A model generated the notes under the pieces. The model saw only the letters and a program-made list of their open reading frames with translations, was not told the origin of the DNA and made no database searches. A stretch of DNA of 64,000 nt from Macrostomum lignano (Eukaryota). Each line of letters starts with the position of its first letter. Position 1 is the first letter of the stretch. A program made the position numbers and the translations under genes. Positions 38,739 to 59,010 of this stretch are shown in pieces. The stretch is taken from contig NIVC01003919.1 in assembly GCA_002269645.1 (NCBI GenBank), positions 5,668 to 69,667 of the forward strand. Direction: 5' to 3'.

Positions 38739-41700
38739 ATGAGATCCTGGCTCCGTTTGATGTCGCTGCTGCTGGCATCAGTGAGCGCTACAGTCTACGG
38801 AGACTGTAAGTCTGTGCTTGCTACTGAATCTCATGCTCTGCTGAAACTAATTACCAATTTGTGCTTGACTTCCTGTGCTCACCACTGCAGGTGAGTTCCC
38901 GATTCGCCAGAGCCGCGTCATGAGCTCCTGGCAGTCGTCCTTTGATGACGGCCCGACTTGCTTTTACAACAGAAGCCACACTGATGAGGAATCCGTGCTC
39001 AAAGACAAAACCTTTAGCTACCGGTTCTTCCACAGCAAAGGCCAGAGCTCAGCAGACGGCGGGTTTCACTGGTTCGCAGTGCAGCTGAATGAGCCACTGC
39101 TCATCAGATCTGTGACTGTGAAGGGCAGAGAGGGTGAGTCACTCACTCAAATGCGTGCTCCAAGTCTGCTGTCTCTGCTCACGGTGCTCTCGCATTCCAG
39201 ATGACAAATCGCATGTCTTTGAAAGAGCCAGAGGCATTGAGATCTGGACATCAGACAGCAGCAGTCAGCCGTTCTCAGGAGATCACTGCAGCTCAAGGAG
39301 CATGAGCAGCCAGTTCAGAGAGTCCCAGCAGCACTGGAGACTGTGTGGGGTCACGGAGAGCAACAATTCACAGATCGCAGCTGGGGAGATCTTCACAGTG
39401 AACTGCGTTGCAGAGGTGAAATTACAGATAGAGATATGTTTACAATAAAATGTAAAAAATCGGAGGGCGTGATTAACTCTAAATTATATGCTTGTAAAAT
39501 GCATAAAAGAGGAACTCTCTTGACCTGAAATACATTTCGATACTCCCAAATCTGTCTGGTAAAGTGGTGGCATCTCGTAACGCATTTATGTTTTATCATT
39601 TGATTCTCTCAACTTTAGACAAGGCAGCTGCTGCTCAGAAGAAACATTACGTCAGCCGATGCATCGAGCTCTCACGATTACATGAGCTTTGCAGATTTCA
39701 GGCTTCAAACATTTCAGCTGGGTGAGTCCACAACTCTGATATGCAGATCTTCAGATTGAGGATAGTGTCGAAGTATGAAGATAAATGCTTTAAATTTCAT
39801 CAAGAAGAAGCTCTTAATAAGCCATGTTAACAAATTACAGAAGCCTCAAAAGCTCAGTTGGTGGCGGAGAACTCCAACTTCTCAGTGAGCTGCGCACTGC
39901 GATGCAGCGGCCCACCGGACGCCACGTCAAGGGATCTGCAGCTCTGCTCTCCGAACGGCAGCTGCACTGCATCACAGGAGTTGCGGATTGCCAGAGCGCA
40001 GCCTCAGCACTCTGGAAGCTACACCTGCAGACTGGGCTCTGTGGCGACTCGGACTTCGGTCACCGTGCTGTGTGAGTTCTTTTAACTTTACATTTTGATG
40101 CAGTATGTCAACAATGTCATTAATTAGCAGGAGTAGACGGAATAAGTTTTTTTTTCAATAAAATTCGAATTTGCTGTTCAGTTAGAAATAATCTTTGCAG
40201 ACCCGCCGTCGAACGTGTCAGTCCCAGTGCTGCACTGTCAGAGTCAGTCAGTTGGGATGGTGCAGTTCGCATCGTCGGCATCTGAGCCGGCGCCTGAGCA
40301 CAGATGCAGCGCTGAGTCTGTTGGTGGAATGACAGCGCAGAATCTTACTTTTCAGTCACTGGTATGTTTCCTGTATGCTCTGCTCTGATAGATCCTGTGT
40401 TTTTGGAGAATCACAATACAGTATGCCGATGCGGCATTGCAGAACTCAAACGGGAGCGGCTCCTTTAGTCAGTGGAAGCTGGACATTGGCCGGGACTGGC
40501 CCAATGGCGGGACTGTACTCATCAACTGCAGTGCTCTGCTGCTAAATAATCTCAGCTTCCACTTGTTCCAGTCGAGCATTGTACAACTCAACTGCTCAAC
40601 GTCTAGGACCATCGCAGCCCCGATCCTCTTCAGTGTCGGACTGACCCTCTTGGCTGTTGCAATAACTGCTTTGGCCGTGTTGGTGAGTCAGGAAGTAAAA
40701 ACACTGTTTTGGCGCTAGTATATTTCACAATAAGTGACAACTCCTGGAACAGCTTCAGCGCAGGGCTTGTCCGTCAAGAGATGAGCCACCAGCAACCGGA
40801 TTTAGTCCAAACTCGGACTGCATCGTCGCCTCCGACACTCGAATAGTTGCTCCAGTGGAACGAGAGACTCCTGTGAGTCTGGCTTGTAATAATAATTATT
40901 ACTATTAGCTCGCCAAAAACCCTCAATTACCCCAGCTAATGCTGGCACCCATTTTACAGCTGGGTGAACTGAAGCGATGCAGAGTTGAGTGTCTTGCTCA
41001 AGAACGCAAACTGTTCCAAGTGGGTCGAGATTCGAACCCCCGACCTTTCATTAGAGTGGGTGCCATCTCATTAGAGTGGGTGCCATCTCATTAGAGTGGG
41101 TGCCATTTCATTAGAGTGGGTGCCATCTCATTGTAGTGGGTGCCATCTCATTGTAGTGGGTGCCATCTCATTGGAGTGGGTGCCATCTCATTGGAGTGGG
41201 TGCCATCTCATTAGAGTGGGTGCCATTTCATTAGAGTGGGTGCCATCTCATTAGAGTGGGTGCCATCTCATTAGAGTGGGTGCCATCTCATTGGAGTGGG
41301 TGCCATCTCATTAGAGTGGGTGCCATCTCATTAGAGTGGGTGCCATCTCATTAGAGTGGATGCCATCTCATTAGAGTGGGTGCCATCTCATTGGAGTGGG
41401 TGCCATCTCATTAGAGTGGGTGCCATCTCATTAGAGTGGGTGCCATCTCATTGTAGTGGGTGCCATCTCATTGGAGTGGGTGCCTCTCATTGGAGTGGGT
41501 GCCTCTCATTAGAGTGGGTGCCATCTCACTGGAGTGGGTGCCATCTGACTGGAGTGGGTGCCATCTGACTGGAGTGGGTGCCATCTGACTGGAGTGGGTG
41601 CCATCTCATTGGAGTGGGTGCCATCTCATTGGAGTGGGTGCCATCTCACTGGAGTGGGTGCCATCTCACTGGAGTGGGTGCCATCTCATTGGAGTGGGTG

Positions 41701-42030
41701 CCATCTCACTGGAGTGGGTGCCTCTCATTGTAGTGGGTGCCATCTCATTGGAGTGGGTGCCATCTCACTGGAGTGGGTGCCATCTCATTGGAGTGGGTGC
41801 CATCTCACTGGAGTGGATGCCATCTCACTGGAGTGGGTGCCATCTCACTGGAGTGGGTGCCATCTCACTGGAGTGGGTGCCACCTCACCCGATTCCAGGC
41901 AGTCGGCAGCAGCGAGCCGGAGTGCAGCTACCTCACTGTGGCCGCCGCTGCACCCGCTGGTGAGGCCGAGCTGCTGGACTCCGACAGCGAATGCACCGAG
42001 TTCATCGAGATTGTGGCTGACGGTGACTGA
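38739..42030 (+). CDS. paralog B: signal peptide + F-type lectin-like + 1 Ig + C2-like Ig + TM + YxxV tail (9 exons, apparently intact, ~500 aa)
   Basis: exons 38739-38805, 38891-39133, 39201-39415, 39619-39721, 39841-40071, 40201-40361, 40443-40682, 40759-40872, 41899-42030; exon-by-exon homology to paralog A. Confidence 0.82.
40915..41047 (-). mobile_element. tRNA/CORE-type SINE fragment (family 2) in last intron of paralog B
   Basis: B box ggttcgaatc (41029-41038, - strand) followed by agcaagacactcaactctgc...cagctgtaaaatgggtgcc. Confidence 0.6.
41048..41885. repeat. 20-bp minisatellite (~42 units)
   Basis: unit ca(t/c)t(a/g)gagtgggtgccatct. Confidence 0.95.
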
Positions 42031-42644
42031 TTGAAATGGTTGCTTATCAAGGAACTGCTGGCTGAAAAGCATGGAAGTGACGTAGTGCTCGTAGTGCTGT
42101 TAAATCGCTTTTTAGTTGGAAAGCAAAGTACCTTATTCATTAATTCGAAGGTAGGGAAAATTAAGCATATCAACCTTCATTCTACCAATTTTAAAATTAG
42201 TCAAAATGTGTTTAGAGTATTACTAAAAATAGGCACAGATCTAAACCGCGTATTAAACACTGACAACGCTTAATTTCGTTATTCGAGAAGTGCAGAATGC
42301 GACAGGATTGTCATACATTAATCTATTTATCAAGCTTTGCATCCTGTATTTGTATTCCATTTCTTCACGGCTGTCTTGCTGATGTGCCCTTGAATATCCC
42401 TGTAGAATATAATTAGTATGGCTGCATGCCGAGTAAGATTTCGATGAACCTCGGTCGCCACTTTCTGTTATTCAGGCTGCACTACACAAATAGTCACAGG
42501 TGAATGTTTGAGTGCGGATGCACCTGTCTGCTTTCTGAATTGCAGCAACATTGCTGGGTTCGAATCAGAATTTTTTCAGCCTCCCACAGAGGCTGTCAGT
42601 ACTTCTCAGATGTGTTAGCATTCAACGGATGTCAGTATTTTACG

Positions 42645-43345
42645 TGTCAGCATCCCTCAGATGTGTCAGCTTCCCTCAGATGTGAGCATCCCTCAGATGT
42701 GTCAGCTTCCCTCAGATGTGAGCATCCCTCAGATGTGTCAGCTTCCCTCAGATGTGAGCATCCCTCAGATGTGTCAGCTTCCCTCAGATTTGTCAGCATC
42801 CTCAGATGTGTCAGCATCCCTCAGATGTGTCAGCATCCCTCAGATGTGAGCATCCCTCAGATGTGTCAGCATCCTCAGATTTGTCAGCATCCTCAGATGT
42901 GTCAGCATCCTCAGATTTGTCAGCTTCCCTCAGATGTGTCAGCATCCCTCAGATGTGTCAGCTTCCCTCAGATGTGAGCATCCCTCAGATGTGTCAGCAT
43001 CCCTCAGATGTGTCAGCATCTCACAGATGTGTCAGCAACCCACAGATGTGTCAGCATCCCACAGATGTGTCAGCATCCCACATTTATATGTGTCAGCATC
43101 CCACATTTATGTGTCAGCATCCCACATTTATATGTGTCAGCATCCCACATTTATGTGTCAGCATCCCACATATGATGTCAGTGGTTCTCAGATGTGTCAG
43201 CATCCCACAGATGTGTCAGCATCCCACATTTATATGTGTCAGCATCCCACATTTATGTGTCAGCATCCCACATTTATATGTGTCAGCATCCCACATTTAT
43301 ATGTGTCAGCATCCCACATATGATGTCAGTGGTTCTCATATGTGC
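42645..43345. repeat. compound 18-21 bp minisatellite
   Basis: agatgtgtcagcatccctc units grading into atttatatgtgtcagcatcccac units. Confidence 0.9.
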
Positions 43346-43735
43346 CAGCACCTCATTGAATTTGAAAGTACTTATGACAAGCCTGCAACAAAAATACATT
43401 AAATAATGATTTAAACGACTTAAAAACTAAAGCCAAAGTCTTTGCAGAACAAAGTTAAACTTACGAAAGCAGATACTCAAGCAGCAGGGCATACAGTTAT
43501 ATTAAAGCATATTATTGAAAGCTAGAGTAACAATTAAAAAACATAAAAAGCAACTCAGTAAAATGAAGCCCTGTTAACATTCGGGAATAATTCAGCAGAG
43601 TATCTCATTCAGAAGCCAATCTCGCAGCTATGTTGCAGAGAATTACGCAAAACAAACGGGATTTGAAGAAACTGGGATTAAATTTGTTAGCAACTGTCCA
43701 AGGTCAAAATGCTGTTTCACATTTCGAAGCCATAA

Positions 43736-52988
<9,253 letters not shown>

Positions 52989-53029
52989 CTGAATGAGAGG
53001 GCAGGTGCTGGGGTTAGCCTGGGTGTTTC

Positions 53030-53440
53030 TGTCTTAGTGTCTTTGTCTGCCTGTCTTGTCTGTCTCAGTGTCTTTGTCTGCCTGTCTTGTCTGTCTCAGT
53101 GTCTTTGTCTGCCTGTCTTGTCTGTCTCAGTGTCTTTGTCTGCCTGTCTTGTCTGTCTCAGTGTCTTTGTCTGCCTGTCTTGTCTGTCTTAGTGTCTTTG
53201 TCTGCCTGTCTTGTCTGTCTTAGTGTCTGTCAGCCTGTCTTGTCTGTCTTAGTATCTGCCTTAGTTTCTGTCTTAGTGTCTGTCTTAGTGTCTGTCTTAG
53301 CGTCTGCCTTAGTGTCTGTCTTAGTATCTATCTGTCTTAGTGTCTGTCTGTCTGTCTGTCTTAGCGTCTGATTTAGCGTCTGCCTTAGTGTCTGTCTTAG
53401 TATCTATCTGTCTTAGTGTCTGTCTTAGTGTCTGTCTTAG

Positions 53441-53492
<52 letters not shown>

Positions 53493-53500
53493 AGCCTATC
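53030..53500. repeat. 31-bp, 12-bp and (GTCT)n compound repeat
   Basis: unit ctttgtctgcctgtcttgtctgtctcagtgt, then gtgtctgtctta and (gtct)n. Confidence 0.9.
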
Positions 53501-54555
53501 TATCTAGCATTCTGAGGGATAGGGATCTGGTCTAGAGCACAAATGGATAATACAGTAAGTGTACCGGACAAGCATGAACTATACTAAAGCCAACTTACTG
53601 GATCATATCCCTACAGCTGGAACTATGGTAACAGTTCGGCCTAAATTCCTAACAACTGAGCAGTCAAAATAAAATGAAGAAAAACAGAAAACCAGCAATT
53701 CCGCTAAGTTGGCAAAAGACTGCACCATTTTTACACTAGATGGCAAGGCTTCGGAAAAAAGAATTTCTGACTCCACAAAATTGGAGAAAGCCGTAAAAAA
53801 CAGATGAAGCATAGCAGCTGCACAGACAAAACCGATTGAGATCATAATCGGGCTATTTAACAGTAGAACTACTAAGGGGAAATTCCCCCTGACAATTTTT
53901 TGCTGATAAACAAAACTCCAGAACACGAGCTAACTCTCAAACAAGAATCAAGTCGCCAGCCCTCCGGACCATCGATATATTCAACCATTCTGCCAGAAGG
54001 CCTGATTTTTTCCATAAGCGCAAACTGTATTCAGTACACCCCTGTGCGCCAATCAGCACTGCGCCTCGGTGCCGGCTTAGCCTCCAAATCTCATCATCAC
54101 GTTGACCACATGTCTGCATCAGCACTGACTTCGTTGGTCACTGGCCTACACCCAGGCGGAGCATCTGGACCTTCAACAGGTGGCACCAGGTGACTATGGA
54201 CACCCTGATGCGAATTTCTCTAGTTTCGCTGATCAAGCCTCGACAGTGGGCAAGCCTCAACTGCTGGGCATCCTCAGCTGGTCTCTCAAGCATTCCGTCA
54301 CCACCCCGAAGCCGTCATCGATCCTCTGACAGAATCGTCAAATATCTCGACGGTCCGGAGGGCCGGCGACTTAATTCTTGTTTGAGAAAGTGCGCAAAAA
54401 AAGTTAGCCCGTATTCTGGAGTTTCATGTCTCTGCGTTGCTCCGTTCCGGCGCAGCAAAAAAAATCATGGGGGAATTCCTCCCCCCCCCGTGGTAGTTCG
54501 ACGGGCGGAAAAAGGTTCGGTATTCCTACTGTTAAGCAAAGCTCGGGGATGCTCG

Positions 54556-55005
54556 TCAACTCTTCAATCGCGCCAGAAACTTGTCGATAGCCGCCAGAGC
54601 TTCGGATTCCTCCCTGTAGAGACGGGTCTGCACCTCCGGGCACCCGGCAACCATGGAGGACAGGTGCTTGCCGTGCACCGGCTCTCCCTCGCTGTTCAGC
54701 CTAAACAGGCACAGCGTCGGCTTCTCCATGGCAACCGCTTGGCCAATCTCGTAGCCAACGCCAAGAGAGGGAATGCTGACCTCGGCCACTAGGCAGTCGC
54801 ACTCGGTCAGCCAGGCCATGTCCTGTCCGTAGATTTCCGTGTCCGACTTAAACCCCATGCGTGCCAGCCGCTCAGGCTTGGCGACATGCTCAGTGAGCAC
54901 ACAGCCATGCTTGGACAGGTGCTGCACCAGGCTCTCGTACAGGGCGGCATCGCCTCGGCCCGCCGCTATGGAGCCAGCAAAGTAAATCTTCAGCTGCTGG
55001 CTCGA
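54556..55005 (-). CDS. DNPH1: 2'-deoxynucleoside 5'-phosphate N-hydrolase (Rcl); single coding exon lacking an ATG at its start
   Basis: KIYFAGSIAAGR...VLTEHVA...D..WL..CD.LVAEVSIPSLGVGYEIGQA...LCLFR...LSSMV.G; acceptor atcttcag|tcg. Confidence 0.92.
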   Translation of the reverse strand, partial: SSQQLKIYFAGSIAAGRGDAALYESLVQHLSKHGCVLTEHVAKPERLARMGFKSDTEIYGQDMAWLTECDCLVAEVSIPSLGVGYEIGQAVAMEKPTLCLFRLNSEGEPVHGKHLSSMVAGCPEVQTRLYREESEALAAIDKFLARLKS

Positions 55006-55074
55006 CTGAAGATGTGCAATGGGTGACTGTCACTGGCTCATGTCTAATAGTTGAATTTTGAGGCAGTCTGGTAA

Positions 55075-55480
55075 TGATGGCATCTGCTGAGGGCATGATC
55101 AGGCATTGGTGGCATCTGCTGAGGGCATGATCAGGCATTGGTGGCATCTGCTGAGGGCATCATGATCCGGCATTGGTGGCATCTGCTGAGGGCATGATCA
55201 GGCATTGGTGGCATCTGCTGAGGGCATGATCAGGCATTGGTGGCATCTGCTAAGGGCATGATCAGGCATTGGTGGCATCTGCTGAGGGCATGATCAGGCA
55301 TTGGTGGCATCTGCTGAGGGCATGATCAGGCATTGGTGGCATCTGCTGAGGGCATGATCAGGCATTGGTGGCATCTGCTGAGGGCATGATCAGGCATTGG
55401 TGGCATCTGCTGAGGGCATGATCAGGCATTGGTGGCATCTGCTAAGGGCATGGTCAGGCATTGGTGGCATCTGATGAGGG
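55075..55480. repeat. 32-bp minisatellite
   Basis: unit catctgctgagggcatgatcaggcattggtgg. Confidence 0.95.
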
Positions 55481-55579
55481 CATTATAAGCCCCAAACATT
55501 TGTCAAACAATCTAATTATGTCCAATGTAAAATATATCTAATATATTTAAAGTCTAATATATAATACATTTAAACAATA

Positions 55580-55660
55580 TTATATATACACACATACATA
55601 TATATATATATCTATATATATATAGGCTGATATAGGCTATATATATATATATATATTACT
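55580..55660. repeat. imperfect (AT)n tract
   Basis: direct read. Confidence 0.8.
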
Positions 55661-55793
55661 TTATTAGTGACAGAATACATATATAGAATATGATACTATT
55701 ATGAATATTAAAAATAAATATATGGTGCTAGCCTTTGAGTTAGCGTTAGGGGGAATTGCTAAGATTTCAAAGCTGATTGGGAGGATATTGCTA

Positions 55794-56572
55794 CGAGGGC
55801 TGTCCAAAAAGTAGTGTTACTTTCACTATATCTCTTGTTCTGCTGATCCAAAAAACATCATTTTGCACAGATTTATAGTGGCAACTCTCTTTTTTATGTT
55901 AACTTTAACATCATTAAAAACAGACAATGGAAACAAAAGTTATAAACTAAAATGTAGCAGGACCTCGACTATAGACTTACAGTAATTTGACAAGTTAGTG
56001 GAAAGTAGTGAAAGTAATTTTGATAGAATGCACTCAGACTTCTTTGTTAGGCTGCTATAACAAAGAGATATCTATGGAAAATATTGGAGAAGCATATGGC
56101 TTTTAAAGCAACAAAATATTTCAAAGTGGGCTTCAACTATATTGCTGTTTGCTCCCTCTTTTTGCTGCACTAAAATTCCTGGATTTGCATTCAAGTGTTG
56201 CTCAAAGGAGTGTAATATATACCCTTTGGGGGACGGAGGACAGTTGAGCCAAGATTCATGCTCAACTTTCATCGGCTCATAGGTCTATCACAGTCATTTA
56301 CTGCAATCATTTTGCAGCATTCACTGCAGCCAATTACCCATTTGTCAGCTACCACTTCAATTTTTTAACTTGCCTATCTACTGTAAGTCTATTGTTGAGG
56401 TCCTACTATATTTTAGTTTATAACTTTTGTTTCCATTGTGTCTGTTTTTAATGATGTTAAAGTTAACATAAAAAAGAGAGTTGCCGCTATAAATCTATGC
56501 AAAATGATGCTATTTAGATTAGCAGAGCAAGACATATAATGAAAAGTAACACTACTTTTGGGACAGCCCTTG
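55794..56572. mobile_element. Tc1/mariner-type MITE, ~190-bp imperfect TIRs, TA TSD
   Basis: ta|cgagggctgtccaaaaagtagtgttac ... gtaacactacttttgggacagcccttg|ta. Confidence 0.85.
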
Positions 56573-56823
56573 TAAGATATCAAGGCTCATAGGGGGAATA
56601 ACTAAGATGTCATAGCTTATTAAGGGAAATTGCTAAGTTTATTGCAAGGAGAAGCTAAATGCAGTTTATTCAAAAATTTATATTCTATTCTTTGCTGGCT
56701 CTACAACAAGAGGTACTGATTGCTAGTTTTAGCTAATAGGCCTAATTATTTTTGTAAATATAAAAAATATAAATATTCCTTTATAATTACTTATAACTTT
56801 AAAAGCCTAGTTAGAACAATCTA

Positions 56824-57651
56824 CGAGGGGTGTCCCAAAAGTTCCCGGAATGTCTAACGTAGCTCTTCAACAGAGCCATGAAATTTCACGCCCATGGTGT
56901 CAAATGAAAGGAAATTTTGTCACAAAGAATACAAAGTTAAAATCATGTTGATATCTTTTTTTATTCAAGAGCTACAGCAAGAAACTTGCGCAAAGGTCAG
57001 GGGTAGTGTTACACAACCTCAACAATCTATGGCAATAATTTTTTCATCTCCATTTTTGGAGTTTTTCATTTTGAATTCGTGCTACTGACGTGTCAGAAAG
57101 ACGTGGTAGTGTCTATGGAAAAAGCAGAAATGCTCATAAAGCTAATCTGAGCTTTTGCGCAAGTGCAGATAATTTGTACCAAGCACTTGCTTTCAACTTG
57201 AAATTTCTTTGCAAAAATGAGTTCTCTTCAGAGCCTTGAAAGTCAGCAAAGTCAAGTTTTTGCCCTTTGGTCAGTAGGATGGAGTGGAGCCAAGATTTCT
57301 GACCACTTATTCTTCATCCACGGTGAGAACAGCCTGAAAAAAACTGCAATTTATGGATAGATTGAACGCTTTAGAGATGGCCAGTCTGCTGTGAATGAAT
57401 TCAAAATGAAAAACTCTAAAAATGGAGATGAAAAAATTATTGCCATAGATTGTTGAGGTTGTGTAACACTACCCCTGACCTTTGCGCAAGTTTCTTGCTG
57501 TAGCTCTTGAATAAAAAAAGATATCAACATGATTTTAACTTTGTATTCTTTGTGACAAAATTTCCTTTCATTTGACACCATGGGCGTGAAATTTCATGGC
57601 TCTGTTGAAGAGCTACGTTAGACATTCCGGGAACTTTTGGGACACCCCTTG
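56824..57651. mobile_element. mariner-type MITE, ~255-bp near-perfect TIRs, TA TSD
   Basis: ta|cgaggggtgtcccaaaagttccc ... gggaacttttgggacaccccttg|ta; arms 56824-57078 and 57397-57651; internal GENSLKKTAIYG*IERFRDG resembles a mariner HTH. Confidence 0.9.
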
Positions 57652-58729
57652 TATATATCCCAATGGCCTATTCATTATTGATTAAATTTAAAAATATATA
57701 ATGGCACTTTAAAAATCATTTTGACCAAACAAATTAAAATATTTTATATTTGTTAAAAATAATTATTTAAAGAGAATACTAAATAGTTTAATTTGTAGAT
57801 TATAGTTGACAAAAAAATTATGAAATTTAGGGATAAAATTTATTAGGTCTAATGATAGAAATAATATTAGCTAGGCATAAGATAGCCCCTAGCCTGCCTA
57901 CCCCTATGGCATGTTTATGCTTAAAATAATTCAGATTAGATCTAGAAACAAAAGACTAAAAAAGCATCTTGAACATGGTCATTTAGTAGGTCATTAATAG
58001 ACTTATAGCTATGGCTTTAGGGTACATATAGATACATATTAGATCATATTAGATATTTTATTTTTGAGATAGGGTACATTTCCTTTATAATAATAGTATT
58101 TTTCTTAGTATGTATGTTACAATTGTGATTCATTTTCTTAGAAACTGCAATATTCAAATTTCCACCAATAGTAATAATTTTTTTAATGTTATGAAGTCAA
58201 ATAATATTGTATGAAATGACCTGTTTGTTATAAATACATCTTTTAAGTAGTATAAATAGAAGCCTAGAGCAGGCCAAGAAACCAACTCATTGCAAGCATT
58301 CAATTTTGCTCAGCACAGTTAATACAATTGTTCTCATAAAAATCACTAGTATTCAAGACTTATTCTTTTTATTGAGCCCTATATTGGGAATAACAAAAAC
58401 TGCTAAAAGCGAGAATTGCCTTTGGGTAGTAACCTAATAGAGCATATAACCACCTCAGGGCAGGAGAATTGCCTTAGAGCAGGAGAAGCACATAAAGGCT
58501 GTGACTCTCTGATCCAAGGAACACCCAGGACTAAGAGACAAATCCCCATAAAAGTAGATAGTGAGAAAATAGTGCCAATAGACTGCTCAGGCAAAGAGTA
58601 CAATACATGTACAAAGGCTACCAATAGACAAATAGATGCTACCAATATAGAAGTAGATAGAGAAGTAGTCATGCTACCAATAAGTAAAAGTATATGCAAG
58701 AGTATATTTATTATTGAGGGCAATTAGTA

Positions 58730-59010
58730 CTATTACAACATTAGTGGCATTGATAGGATCATTCATAAAAACAGAGGAAAACCCTGTTACAACTTTGGTA
58801 TCAGCTAGCAGGATTTTCATAGAGAGTCAAAAGACCTGTTACAACTTAGTGGCATTAGTGGAATAGCTAAAAGAGGGAAGCAAAACCCACTGTCACAACT
58901 TTGATGGCTAATGGTAGGATTTAATAGAGAGAAGCAAAACACCTGTAACAACTTTGTTATCAGCTGGTGGGATTTTTCATAGGGAGCCAAAAGGCCTGTA
59001 GCAATTTAAC
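58730..59010. repeat. degenerate ~50-60 bp tandem repeat x~5
   Basis: recurring cctgt(t/a/c)acaactt...gcat/atcagct...ggat...tcatagagag. Confidence 0.6.

Noticed and set aside
56557-56570. ttgggacagccct shared between the MITE terminus and the 38-bp repeat at 12322
   Set aside because: A 13-bp match without flanking homology; probably coincidental
56894-57581. Duplicate ORFs MVSNERKFCHKEY on opposite strands
   Set aside because: Produced by the MITE inverted arms
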